Of a DNA stretch of 64,000 nucleotides, positions 51,930-63,254 are shown piece by piece; position 1 is the first letter of the stretch; every line of letters starts with the position of its first letter. The notes beneath the pieces were generated by a model. The model saw nothing but the letters and a program-made list of their open reading frames with translations, searched no databases and was not told the origin of the DNA. The stretch is from Ginglymostoma cirratum (lineage: Eukaryota). A program made the translations under genes and the position numbers. Location of the stretch: NCBI GenBank assembly GCA_024137785.1, contig JAHRHZ010000018.1, forward strand, positions 52,211,260 to 52,275,259, read 5' to 3'.

Positions 51930-54900
51930 TTGAGCTGGATGATTGGAATCTCCTTCCTCTCCAGTGTAGGGCTGGCTCTCTTCCAAAAAGGTGGGTCTTG
52001 CAGGTCAGACCAGATCTTTGTCTGGGTCTTCTGCCTTAATTCGTGCTGCAGGTTTTCCCTGCGAGTTGTCACTAAGTCTTTGCTGAGTCTTCATTGATCC
52101 TTCCTCACAACTTCCAGAACGTTCTGTAGCTTTTGGCCAATGGGGTCATATGCTGGGTTCAAATCATCCAATGGAGTCGCACTAATACCTTTCACTGTAG
52201 CCATTCCCAGAGGCAGAAGTGCGCATCCTCAGGTACTCAAGTTGCCAGAATGTCTGATTGACAATACAATACACTCAGCTGGTTATAATTGGTTCCCCTT
52301 GAACCTTTGTAACCTCTTTGACCTTGGTTCCACTGTTCTCTGTAACTAATAACTCATGCCTGCTGTTTAATTTAGTTTGACCTCAGAACTTTTCTGAGGA
52401 AGGGTCACCGGACCTGAAATGTTAACTCTGTTTTCTCCTCCACAGATGCTGCCAGACCGGCTGAGCTTTTCCAGCAACTTTGTTTTTGTTGCTTCACCAC
52501 AGTCTCTCCTGTGGATTCCTGTACATTTTCTAAAAGACGTTTCACAGTTTTCTTGTGGCAGAGGGTTTCAACCTCGGGCTCTGTCAAGTCCAGTCCTCTC
52601 ACGAGGTGTCTGCTTGTTAGAACGTGAGGGGGTGTTCAATCCATTTGAACTGAAGGGGAGTTCCTTATGACCATGAGGACAAAGGGTAAAACTATGTTCC
52701 TACTGCTTTGCTGGAAGATCTTTTGCAGCGTCCCTTTGAGGGTTTCCTTCATCCTCTCTACAATCCCACTGGATTGAGGATGGAAGGTGACATGGAACCT
52801 TTGGCTGGCACTAAATATATCCATCATTTCGTGCATTACCTAGGCTGTGAAATGGGTTCCCTGGTCTGAATCTGTACTACAGAGAAGCCTCCATCTAGTG
52901 AAAACATGCTGAATTAAGATATTTACTGCAACTTTAGTGGTGTCTGTTTGAATGAGGATCATCTCTATCCGTTTGCTAAAAATGTCCATGATGGCCTGGA
53001 TATATTTATGTCCCTTTTACAGGATGATAGGGGCCAACATTGTCTATTTCAAGAATAATCCACAGTCCTGCTACTGACCTGATTTGCCTTAACTCTCCTT
53101 TATTGGCAAACTTATTTAGATTAACATGGGCACAGTTAATACAATTCTTGATGTAATGTTTTATGTTGTTTCCCATTCCTGGCCATCAACACAATCCTGC
53201 AATTTTGCCAGTTGTGGCTTCTGTCGCTCGATGATTCTGGATTCACAGTATTGATAAATCACTTGATTTCAGTTATGGACTGCTATCATTTACCGCCCAT
53301 CTTTGAGAACAAATCTGAACTGAGTACTTAACCTGTTCTCCCATGTGCTTTATGAGATGGGTATCATTCCCTCCTGTACTTGCTTTAACGCAGCATCGCT
53401 GCTCTCAGCCTGTCCCAGATCTTTGACCTTGGTTTGGTCCGCAGCGATGGTAACTATTTGTTCTGGAACGGGGGGCTGCCATGTTTTTCCTTTGTGGGCA
53501 TCCTGCTGAGCCAATTCATCTGTCCATATGTCCCCAGCTGGGGAGGCACTAGCTTTAATGATGCCATATTTGTGGCATTGGGCATTTTGGAGAATAAATT
53601 TGAGCAGGGGTGTTTACGGTAATGGTTTCCTGTCTGCTGAGATGAATCCTCTACCTTCCCACAGTGACAGGAAGTGATTTCAACTGTTGCAGACATACGT
53701 GCTGTCTGAGTATCTGTCTGCTGGTGGGGGGATATTTTTCAGGGTGGCTGACCATGTAGATTCCAGCTGCTAGTGCTTATTTTGTTGGGAAGCTTCAGCA
53801 CTAACAGTATCAGAGGTTCCCCTCTGTGGTCCTCCAAATATACATTACATCCTGTCTTTCAGTCTCCATCCTCTACCGAAGAGCATCTGTCTGTTAATAT
53901 TCTTCTGGGGGTCCTCTCATTTGTTCCCAGGTTCCCTTGGGTCTTCCTCCCAGTTTATTTTGACACAGATAGTCCCTTGGGGACTTTTGTTGCCACTACC
54001 TGACACTCATGGGATTTTCCTCCGTAGCTCATATTCTTGGCGAGCAAGGTGGGCACTTTGGTACATTTGTCTATAATGTCGCGACCCTGTAACAATAGGT
54101 TCTGACAGTATCCCATTAAACCCAGAAAGGGACACAATGAGCGCACATTCCTGGGGGAGGGGCAAACGGATTATGGCTTTGATGCACTATTTCATGTTTC
54201 CCCCGGGCTGTTACAGTTTCTAAGTATGAGAGCTGGATCCTCATGATCTGTGCATTCTTGGGGTTAACTTTCAGTCCTGAGGGTGAATAGTTCCTTTTAC
54301 ACTGTTAACTAAATGTTTGGTCCTTGTACCTGTCCACATACCATACCAAGCAGTCTGGTCAGGAAACCTTCTCTAACCCTTTAGGCAGTGTCTGATAAAA
54401 TATTGATGGAGAATTGTGGATACCCTGCGACAAGCAGGTCCATGTGTATTGCTGACTCTGAAATGTGAAGATGAATTTATATTGTCAGTATCGGTGAAGG
54501 AGGGCCGGACTAAAATCCTTAACTAGTGTCTAGTATGGCGAAATATTTTGCTCATGAGGCCTGCCTCATCATGGTTTCAGGGCTAGTCACTACTGTTGGT
54601 GCAGTGATTGTGGTGTTTTATTGAGTTCCCTGTAATCAATGGTGGGCTGTCAAGAGCCGTCTGGTTTCTTAACTGGCCATACTAATGAGTTATTAGTCGA
54701 CATCGACGCTACAGGGTCTAGGACTCCTTGTTTTAACAAGCTGCTAATGACCTTGGCCACGTTCTCCTCTGCCTGCTTGGGGAATGTGTATTGTTTTTGT
54801 GGCTTTGGGTCCTGTCCGTCTATCATTACCTCACCATCTATAGGACCGCAGTTGTGTTTGTTACTGATGAACACTTGTGCTCTGTGAGAGTTTCCTGTGC

Positions 54901-55595
54901 TGCTGAGCCCTTTGTCATTCCAGAGCATCTAATCCACAACTTCCCCATGGAACACATTCCCTGTGTGTCTGTGCCTGGTGTAATCTCCACTGGGGCCTCA
55001 TCAAGCTCGGGCATTTGCAGAATATAGCAATCGCCCAGGTCAAAAGACAAATTACACTTCCTCATAAGATCCCAAGCCTAAAATGTAGTCAGGACCCATA
55101 TGGAGATTAACCAGCACAGCCGGGTGATGGCAGACTCTGTCTCCCAGTTTGAATTCTGTAGGTTCTGTCTGCACTCCGTCCTAAAGATATTCAGTAAATC
55201 TGTTCAGAAGAATTTTCTTAACGGGTTGTTGTCAAAATCTTGGGACGTGTTAAGTGTCATTCTAGATCATCCTGCATCCCTCAAAAACTCAACAGGGCAG
55301 CCTTCTACCTCTCCATCTACCAGGGGCTGTCCCACACTCTCCCATCTGGCACCACCCACGCATTGAGGAGAGAGGAGTGGCTCCGAGACGCTTTAGGGAG
55401 TGTATCCAACCAGGGATACAAGACGGTGGGATCTCCTCCACTAAATTTGGCTGCCGTTTCTCCCCCACCAAATTATCTGTTATTTGTCCCTCTGGTCCTT
55501 CCAGCAGCATGGACAGGGGTCTAAAGCCTTGCTCCTGCAGTGGCTCTAACCACTCGCAGTCCCCAACAAAACGGCCTGTGTGCCCACAAGTGTAA
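51930..55595 (-). pseudogene. Decayed retrovirus-like gag end / pro / RT / RNase H / integrase
   Basis: YTCGHTGRFVGDC knuckle; protease VEGCPVEFLRDAG; RT PQKQYTFPKQAEENVAKVISSLLKQGVL...VWPVKKPDGS*QPTIDYRELNK, KYFAILDTS*GF*S, QYTWTCLSQGIHNSP and YVD; RNase H YSDSTYVCN; integrase DSDQGTHFTA and HPQSSGIVER. Left boundary approximate. Confidence 0.88.
52381..52492 (+). mobile_element. PLE terminal repeat (family B) with a decayed hammerhead motif, inserted in the provirus
   Basis: ttCTGAGGAaGGGTCaccgGACCTGAAAtgttaactc, preceded by a short inverted remnant cctcagaact. Confidence 0.75.
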
Positions 55596-57000
55596 AGACC
55601 AAAGAGCATCTTTCACTGAGTTGATGGCCCTCCAGGTGCAGTCAATGTTTGTCTTGGTGTGCGTCCTGGGGAACAGACCGTAGAGCACTGAGCCCTACAA
55701 CACAGAACTGCTCTGGATAAACCTCAACAAAAATCATTGCATCACTGTCCAGGCTTCCTTTGCAAAAGCACATTACAGCAGGACATGTGTGACATTCTTT
55801 ATCCTGCCTCCATAGCCACTTCAACGGCAGCGTGTGGTGACAGAAAGAGCCCACTCATACATGAAGGATCTCACAGGTAATGTCCTTCTGACCACCAGCC
55901 AAATGATGTCTTGGTGCTTGTTGGAAAGTCCTCTTTTGTGGAGGTGGCACAGTGGCTCAGTGCTGCCTCACAGCACCAGGGACCCAGGTTCAATTCCACC
56001 CTTGGGCAACTGTCTGTGTGGAGTTCACACATTCTCCCTGTGTCTGTGTGAGTTTCCTCCAGGTGCTCTGGTTTCCTCCCACAGTCCAAAGATGTGCAGG
56101 CTAGGTGGATTGGTTATGTGAAATTGCCTATAGTGTTCAGGGATGTGTAGATTAGGTGGGTTATAGGGGGATGGGTGTGGGTGGGATGTTCTGAGGGTCA
56201 GTGTGGACTAGTTGGGCCAAAGTGCCTGTTTCCACCCTGGAGGGATTCTTTGAATCCTAGTGATGAGGCATTATGCCAAATGGCTTTAATAGTCTGTTCA
56301 AGGAACCATGCAACAGGATCCACCCTCTCCTTTTCCCTCAGGGTGTTGAGGATGCTATGTGCTGACCATTTCCCGATGGACTTGTGGTCAAAGATGTTTT
56401 TTTAAATAAATTTCACCACAAAGGACAGGTGATGTGGAATGGTTCAACTATTTGGAGTGTTCCGTAACTTTGAATCCAGTCTCTGCCTCACCTTGGTGAA
56501 ATGCTTCTTCCAAGTTTTTGCGTACGGCGAGGCTCCTCCAACCCATATTCCCAGTACCTTCAGGTAATCTGTCCTGAGGGTGAAACGGATAAAGGATTGA
56601 TCAGCCCAGATCCTAAAAGAACATGACCTCACCCTTGCCTCAAAGTACCTTGGCTCCCGAGGCCAGTTTGAACTGGCCGCGTATAGAAATGATTCTGCAC
56701 ACTAAAGACTGATCCGAGCAGAAAACAGCGAAGCCATCCACGTACTGGGAGGTTTTGATCTGCAGGCCTCTGCTACCTTGTACAGTTACCCCTCTCAGGC
56801 TCACATCCTTCCTGATGGACTCAGCAAAAGGCTCTATAGAGCACACAAAGAAGGCAGGATAGAATGGGCAGCCCTACCTGGCTCCAAATCTGATCAGGAA
56901 ACTTTTTGATTCCCACCCGTTGATTGAGGGTGCACATATTGGGCTGATTCCCTCCCCAGATTCCATTTTGGAGAACATGTCCCACATTAAACTTTCTCCA
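55596..57000 (-). mobile_element. Tx1-clade (L1 group) LINE ORF2 fragment, interrupted by an HE1 SINE
   Basis: CSIEPFAESIRKDVSLRGVTVQGSRGLQIKTSQYVDG, YLKVLGIW, LPVRSFMY...THVLL*CAFAKEAW and INSVKDALWS. Confidence 0.82.
55943..56256 (+). mobile_element. HE1-type V-SINE
   Basis: tRNA-like head, V-domain and tail as at 23661. Confidence 0.88.
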
Positions 57001-59090
57001 GCACTGCATCCAGGCTTTTGAGGTTAGATTTCTGTGCTGCCTGCATCTGAAGTGACTGGAATGGGTTAACCACACATCATCCTCCCCATGACTGTTGGGA
57101 AACCTTGTTGAGTTTCACAGTCAGAGTGATATTATAAATCTTTATTTTAAGTTTATTTATAGTCAAAATCATAGTTTGATAAAGTATTCTTCTGCCATTT
57201 TCCAAAATTTGGAAGGTCATATGAGAGCTTGTAATATATTCAGTAAGTCAAAAATGGTTAAAGGGTTTCCATTGACCTCACTGCATTACCAGATGTTGGA
57301 TGTGTAAAGGACCTCTATGGAACAAGGTTCACTTTGTTACAGGAGTGGCTTTTGGCACTAAACAAAAATAAATCTCATTAAAAGAATCTAAACAACAAAA
57401 TTTGGCATCAGAACCAAGAATTAGTCAACAGTGCTGCAATCTGAAGTAGGAAGGGAGGTAATAAACATTACATCCCGGTCTCAATATTGAGGGCTTTTTT
57501 TAATTATCAGAAATTGTTTTAAATTTAAATGTGAAGTTATGAGGCACTCTAATTGTTATAGATTGTGTTTGATTTGTGATGTTGACAAATCACTATCTCA
57601 ATTTATAGCTCTTATAACACTACATATCCAACACAATCAGCCAATCCTTCAGGAAAATAAACTCTTGACAAAGTAGAAATATCCACTTGAAACATCTCGT
57701 AACATGAAAACACTCTTTCCTCAAGACATGTCCACTGCATCCTTCATTTCAAAAATAGCTTCTGTCTGCATTTCAGCCACCCAAATGAGACACAAGCACT
57801 GAGCAAAGGACTTCTGTCACTTGGGACTCTAATTCTCATGCCTCTGAATTCTCCATGTGCTCCAAATCAGACTGTATTTCAATTCAAGAAATATGTGCAA
57901 CTGCACAGATACTGGCATTATATTTCTCCACAGTCACTGCCAGGTCACGCATACTTATTAAACAATGCGATTTGTGCCACATTGTTTTGTGCACAATCCT
58001 ACGCTGTTGGTATATCAGTGAGTGAAAAAGGAATGGAAAAATAAGTGAATAGGCAAGATACCACATCGACACCCTCAGGGAATCCTCTGACTTCAGCTTG
58101 CCCTCCTCCCTGATGTTCCATTAGCTCCAATACCATCCAGGATGGTCGACTTAGAGGAAATTAAAGTGTTCAAATTACGGGGACCACACCTCATCTGGTT
58201 TCCAGCTGTTATAGGGTCTTGGCTTGCAAGCCTAGAGGTTGTTTTGAGATTCTGAAACTTCAAAATGCATACAAAGCGACACGTAACATGACACCTGGTA
58301 TCCTTGTAATTGTGCTTTGATGTCAGAAAGGGACATGCTCCCTACATAACAGAAGAAAACCCAGTTGATCCATCCAGCACCACCCACACCATTCAAGGAA
58401 CACTCTATTTATGCAAAAGCAGCAGAAGTATGTCCCCCATAAAAAATTAGGTAATGTAACTAATTTGATTGGGACCATACCACGTAAATTTCTAAATTTT
58501 TTCCTATTCATCTGTTACACAAAACTTTTCTGCTTTGTCCCCAAAACAATCGAACAATCACACTCTATCAATGATGTTCCAAGATGAGCTTGGGTGGCAG
58601 ATTCTCAGGCAATCTATTTTTGAAAATGATAATAAAATGATCAGATAATTAAACAAGTTTGTCCCCAATACATCCTGCTCCCGCTCTCCACAATCAAATC
58701 AGAACATCCCTCTGAGCTTCGAAGCTTCATAGATTTGGTGACGTCCTCAACAGCACGTCTCTGTGTGCTTCACAAACTTCCGTTAGCCAACTAACACTGC
58801 AAGGTGATTCAGATCTCTTGGCTGTATTCAGAGAATTTTGGGTTAAAATTTGAATGCATTGGTAGAAGTACAACCCTTCAGATGAACGGTTAACCTGAGA
58901 TCCCTTTAGAATGTTTCAATGGCACAAGTGTATGTTAAATATTGCATCAAATCTCACAAACATTAGAGCTGCACTAATTCAGGCAAAGAGAAAATATTCC
59001 ACCCTACCGCTGTGCCTTGTAGATGGTGGGCAGACTTTGGTGAATCAGGAGGTTTACAGCCACAGTATTTAATCAGGCAGCCCAGTTAGG

Positions 59091-59988
59091 CTGAGATAAC
59101 AAGGTGTAAAGCTGGATGACAGCAGGCCAAGCAGCAGCAGAGGAGCAGGACGGCTGACGTTTCGGGCCTAGACCCTTCTTCAGAAATGGAGGAGGAGAAG
59201 GGGGTTCTGAAATAAATAGGGAGAGAGGGGGAGGCGGATAGAAGATGGATAGAGGAGGAGATAGGTGGAGAGGAGACAGACAGGTCAAAGAGGCGGGGAT
59301 GGAGCCAGTAAAGGTGAGTGTAGGTGGGGAGGAGATAGGTCAGTCCAGGGAGGACGGACAGGTCAAGGGGGCGGGATGAGGTTAGTAGGTAGGAGATGAG
59401 GTTGGGGCTAGAGGTGGGAGGAGGGAATAGGTGGGAGGAAGGACAGGTTAGGGAGGCGGGGACGAGCTGGGCTGGTTTTGGGATGTGGTAGGGGGAGGGG
59501 AGATTTTGAAGCTTGTGAAGTCCACATTGATACCATTGGGCTGCAGGGTTCCCAAGCGGAATATGAGTTGCTGTTCCCGCAACCTTCGGGCGGCATCGTT
59601 GTGGCACTGCAGGAGGCCCAGGCATGTCGTCTGAGGAATGGGAGGGGGAGTTGAAATGGTTCGCGACTGGAAGGTGCAGTTGTTTAGTGCGAACCGAGCA
59701 TAGGTGTTCTGCAAAGCGGTCTCCAAGCCTCCACTTGGTTTTCCCGATGTAGAGGAGGCCACAACGGGAACAGCGGATGCAGTTTCCCACATTAGCAGAT
59801 GTGCAGGTGAACATCTGCTTGATGCGAAAAGTCTTCTTGGGGCCTGGCATAGGAGTGAGGGGGGAGGTGTAGGGGCAGGTGTAACGTTTCCTGCGGTTGC
59901 AGGGACAAGTGCCAAGTGTGGTGGGGCTGGAGGGGAGTGTGGAGTGGACAAGGCACTTGTCCCTGCAACCGCAGGAAATGTTATACCT
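59091..59988 (-). mobile_element. 5'-truncated Penelope-like element (GIY-YIG + terminal repeat) with a short fold-back at its 5' end
   Basis: CIRCSRCGLLYIGKTKWRLGDRFAEH...PVANHFN; hammerhead motif at 59153-59187; 59952-59988 is an inverted copy of 59877-59913. Confidence 0.9.
59153..59187 (-). ncRNA. Minimal hammerhead ribozyme motif
   Basis: attt-CTGAAGA-a-GGGTCTAGGCCC-GAAA-CG-TC-agc. Confidence 0.62.
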
Positions 59989-60019
59989 ACAACTATGCTT
60001 CTAGTTTAGAATAAGTATT

Positions 60020-60608
60020 GATTTTAGCATAGAAAACCCAGAGATTCAAAGTTTTTAAGATACCTTTGGGGTCAGAAGCAAATATAGTTTCTCTCCTAGA
60101 AAGGAATATGGGACAGTTCAGGGAAAGAACCTTTGTGTAAACAATTAGCTTGTGAAAACTTCCAGATCAGAAGAGTTTGGTTAGAAGTTGGCAGCTTATT
60201 AAAAGATTGAGCAAGTATAAACTTTCAGTTTCATGTGTATTCAGGTAAGAAGACTTCACAGTTCACTCGACCAAACTGAGGAGAAACAGATAAGTCAAAC
60301 CTAAAGATTTGATAAAGAAGGATTGTGATCACTGTAAAGTGTTGATGTTGAGGAATAGATGAGACTTTGTTTTGCTGTCTGTTTTAAGATCTTTAAAATT
60401 GCGTTCTTTATTTAGAAAATTTGATTTGTTTCATTTTATTTGTTTAATAAACATCTGTTCTATTGTTAAAGAAAATTTGCAGCCTTGTGTGCCTATGTTT
60501 CAGTGAGTGACCTCCATGTTAAAATAAAAAATACATAAATGCTCTATCAAGTCAGATTTCATAATGGAAATAGGCGTGCTTGTAATAACATCAATCTGGA
60601 TTATAACA
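60020..60608 (+). mobile_element. Possible solo or partial LTR
   Basis: AATAAA at ~60446 after a T-rich tract, ending ...ggattataACA; resembles Gypsy-type LTR 3' ends. No partner LTR seen. Confidence 0.4.
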
Positions 60609-60844
60609 AAATGTTAAAACTTCTATGTAAGATGCTGGACATACAGCTGACCAAAAATGAACAATGACTGCAGAGTGCTATATATGGCATTTATAGGCAT
60701 TAAGGAAAAATAACACTTTGTCTGGTAGCCCCTCAACAAGGAAGGCTTCATTGGTTGTATGTCAGTAGTTGTCTTTAGAACAAGATCTGAACAGACAATC
60801 ACAACAGAGAGCAAGCCATTCATTTCACTTCAACAGAAGATTCA

Positions 60845-61204
60845 CAGAATCCTGACAGTGTGCAAACAAGCTATTTGGCCCATTGTATCCACACCAATCC
60901 TCTGAAGGGCATCCCACCCAGACCCACCCTCCCCTACCCTATCCCCGTAACCCTGCATTTCCCCTAGCTAATCCACCTAGTTTACACATTCCTGGACACT
61001 ATGGGCAATTTAGTATGGCCAATCCACCTAACCTGCACATCTTTGGACATCTTTGTGGGAGAAAACCAGAGCACCCGGAGGAAATCCACACAGACATGGG
61101 GAGAATGTGCAAACTCCACGCAGACAATCACCCAAGGCTGGAATCAGACCCAGGTCCCTGGCCCTGTGAGGCAACAGTGCTAACCACTGAGCCGCCATGC
61201 TGCC
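60845..61204 (-). mobile_element. HE1-type V-SINE, full length
   Basis: Reverse strand begins ggcagcatggcggctcagtggttagcactgttgcctcacagggccagggacctgggt, followed by the V-domain and tail. Confidence 0.9.
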
Positions 61205-61502
61205 CATGTTTGATAAATAGTTTTGGCAGTTTTTTTGAAATTGCCACCATATCCAATGAGCAGGTGCCCAGAAAAGCACAACATTAAGAGTTCCTCCATC
61301 AAGCAGGAGAGAGGAGAAGGGGCAGTTTGCACACAGGGGTCAGGGATTCATAAAGTACACACACTGCAGTATGTATGTACAAATTCAAATAAAAATCTTT
61401 GAAGAAATAGTTATTCATAAAACTTATTATTTACAAGAAATCACTATAATAATTAATTCTGATTATTAGTCAGTTGTGAAAAAGAAGCAACAATTGTATT
61501 CC

Positions 61503-61591
61503 TTAGAAGGGTTTAGGCCTGAAACGTCAAGTTTTCCTGCTCCTATGATGCTGCTTGACCTGCTGTGTTCATCCAGCCCCATGCTTGTTGT
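61503..61591 (+). mobile_element. 89-bp PLE terminal-repeat insertion (family A) with a 15-bp TSD
   Basis: CAACAATTGTATTCC at 61488-61502 and 61592-61606; starts inside the hammerhead core. Confidence 0.88.
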
Positions 61592-62259
61592 CAACAATTG
61601 TATTCCATCTGAATGGATGGGAAAAAGAATCATTAATATGAAGCAAACGAAATAAAACTGATAACTTCAACTACTGGTTATTAAAGACAGTGTCAATATG
61701 AATCAGAAAGGTGACTTGGGAATTGAGCTATCTGTAGAAATAGCAGGTAATTGTGGTCCAGTATTTCCTTAAATACATTACTGCTTGTATATTGTGCATT
61801 TTGTATGTTTTTAATTATCTTATAGTATTATTTCAAATTATTATATCACAACAATTAGAAGTGCAGGGATAATAAATTAATTTCTGAAACTTTCAACTAA
61901 TTTATTCCTCTGTGTGGCTGCAGTACTTGAGGGGAATACATTTTCATTTACAATGCATAATAAAGCTAAAACTCAAACCCTCTGTCTGAGCCACATGTAT
62001 TCCATAAAGTGAGGAGAACACTATTTATTCTATTTCACACAGAAATTGTTGCTGCTTTTATGAATTGTCTTTCTTTAAAATTGTTAACACAGATCAAATC
62101 ATAACTTTGAAACAAATATTTTATGTAAATTAATTTTCTTGACTTTTTTTTCCCCTCATTGTTCATTTTTGTTTTGTAACCTCTTTTCTTGGCTGTGATA
62201 GTTTTCCAATCACAGTTCCAACTTGGCAAGGTAAGCTGAGTTCTGTTTTAACACTTTTT

Positions 62260-62560
62260 TGACAGTTAGCAATTTGAATCCTTGTTTATAATCCCTCCAT
62301 GGCTCTGGTCTTCTTTATTTTTGTAACCTCCTCCAGCCCCATAGCACCCAAAGTATCTGTACTCTGATCTAATTGTGGCCCCTTGAGCATTCCCAATTTT
62401 AATCACCTCGTCACTGACTTTGGCTGTGAAGGCTCAAAACTCCGGAATTTTCTCCCTAAATCTCTCCAGCTCTCAACATTTCCTTTCTCCTTTAAGATGG
62501 TCCTTGAAATGTTGTTCTCCTTTGACCAAGCAGATGGCCACCCAATCTGATATTGCTTTT
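62260..62560 (+). mobile_element. L2 LINE 3' fragment
   Basis: tccctccatggc...tgtaacctcctccagccc...ctccggaattttctccctaaatctctcc...tcctttaagatggtccttgaaa...ctttgaccaagc. Confidence 0.65.
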
Positions 62561-62720
62561 GGCTGCGATTTATGGCCCCTGATGGCATAATTGAAGGTGG
62601 AGGGTGCTCACAAAATTAACTGGGTGGTCTTTCCATTGTCTTCTTTCGCACTCCTGGCTGTCTCCCACATTAGAGTGGGCAGGGAAGCCAGCAGCCAGTC
62701 TGCCCATCTTTAGGTCTGTT

Positions 62721-62807
62721 GAGATAACAAGGTGTAGAGCTGGATGAACACAGCAGGCCAAACAGCATCATAGGAGCAGGAAAGCTGACGTTTCGGGCCT
62801 AGACCCT
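62721..62807 (-). mobile_element. PLE terminal-repeat fragment (family A)
   Basis: Reverse complement of the 25641-25728 type repeat; truncated at hammerhead stem II. Confidence 0.82.
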
Positions 62808-63254
62808 GTGGCAAATTACTGGATTCTTAAAGACTTAATTCAGCCTCCACTGCTATTTTACATGCAGTAGGGGCACGTGAATGTAAGGCAGGGTAGTCTG
62901 GCAGTATTCACTGCATGGGTTACTTTCAAGCAAGCAGAGGAACCAATTCTAATAGAGCTAACAAGGTGTGGAGCTGAAGGAGTAGATCCTTCTGAAGAAG
63001 GCAGTTCCTACTATCTCGGAATTCAAATAGAGCCCTCTGTTCCCATTGGAAGCTGCCCCCCAAAATAAGAACCTCTTTAACCCTCAGCTATTCTCATTCA
63101 GTCCCACACCAGTCACACCCAGCCTAGGCTACCCGAAGTACCGAACTCACCTTAGATCCTGAGGAATACACCTCCACATAAAATCCAGCCCTTTATTCTT
63201 TGATAACATTCCTTTGAAACATCTTATTATTTTAAAAGCGCTATATAAATTCAA

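Noticed and set aside
51930-55595. A bona fide endogenous foamy virus
   Set aside because: The RT is foamy-like, but gag has a CCHC knuckle and no env or accessory genes were recognised; left as unclassified retrovirus-like.
23661-61204. tRNA genes at A/B-box motifs
   Set aside because: These are SINE heads continuing into V-domain bodies; no complete cloverleaf.
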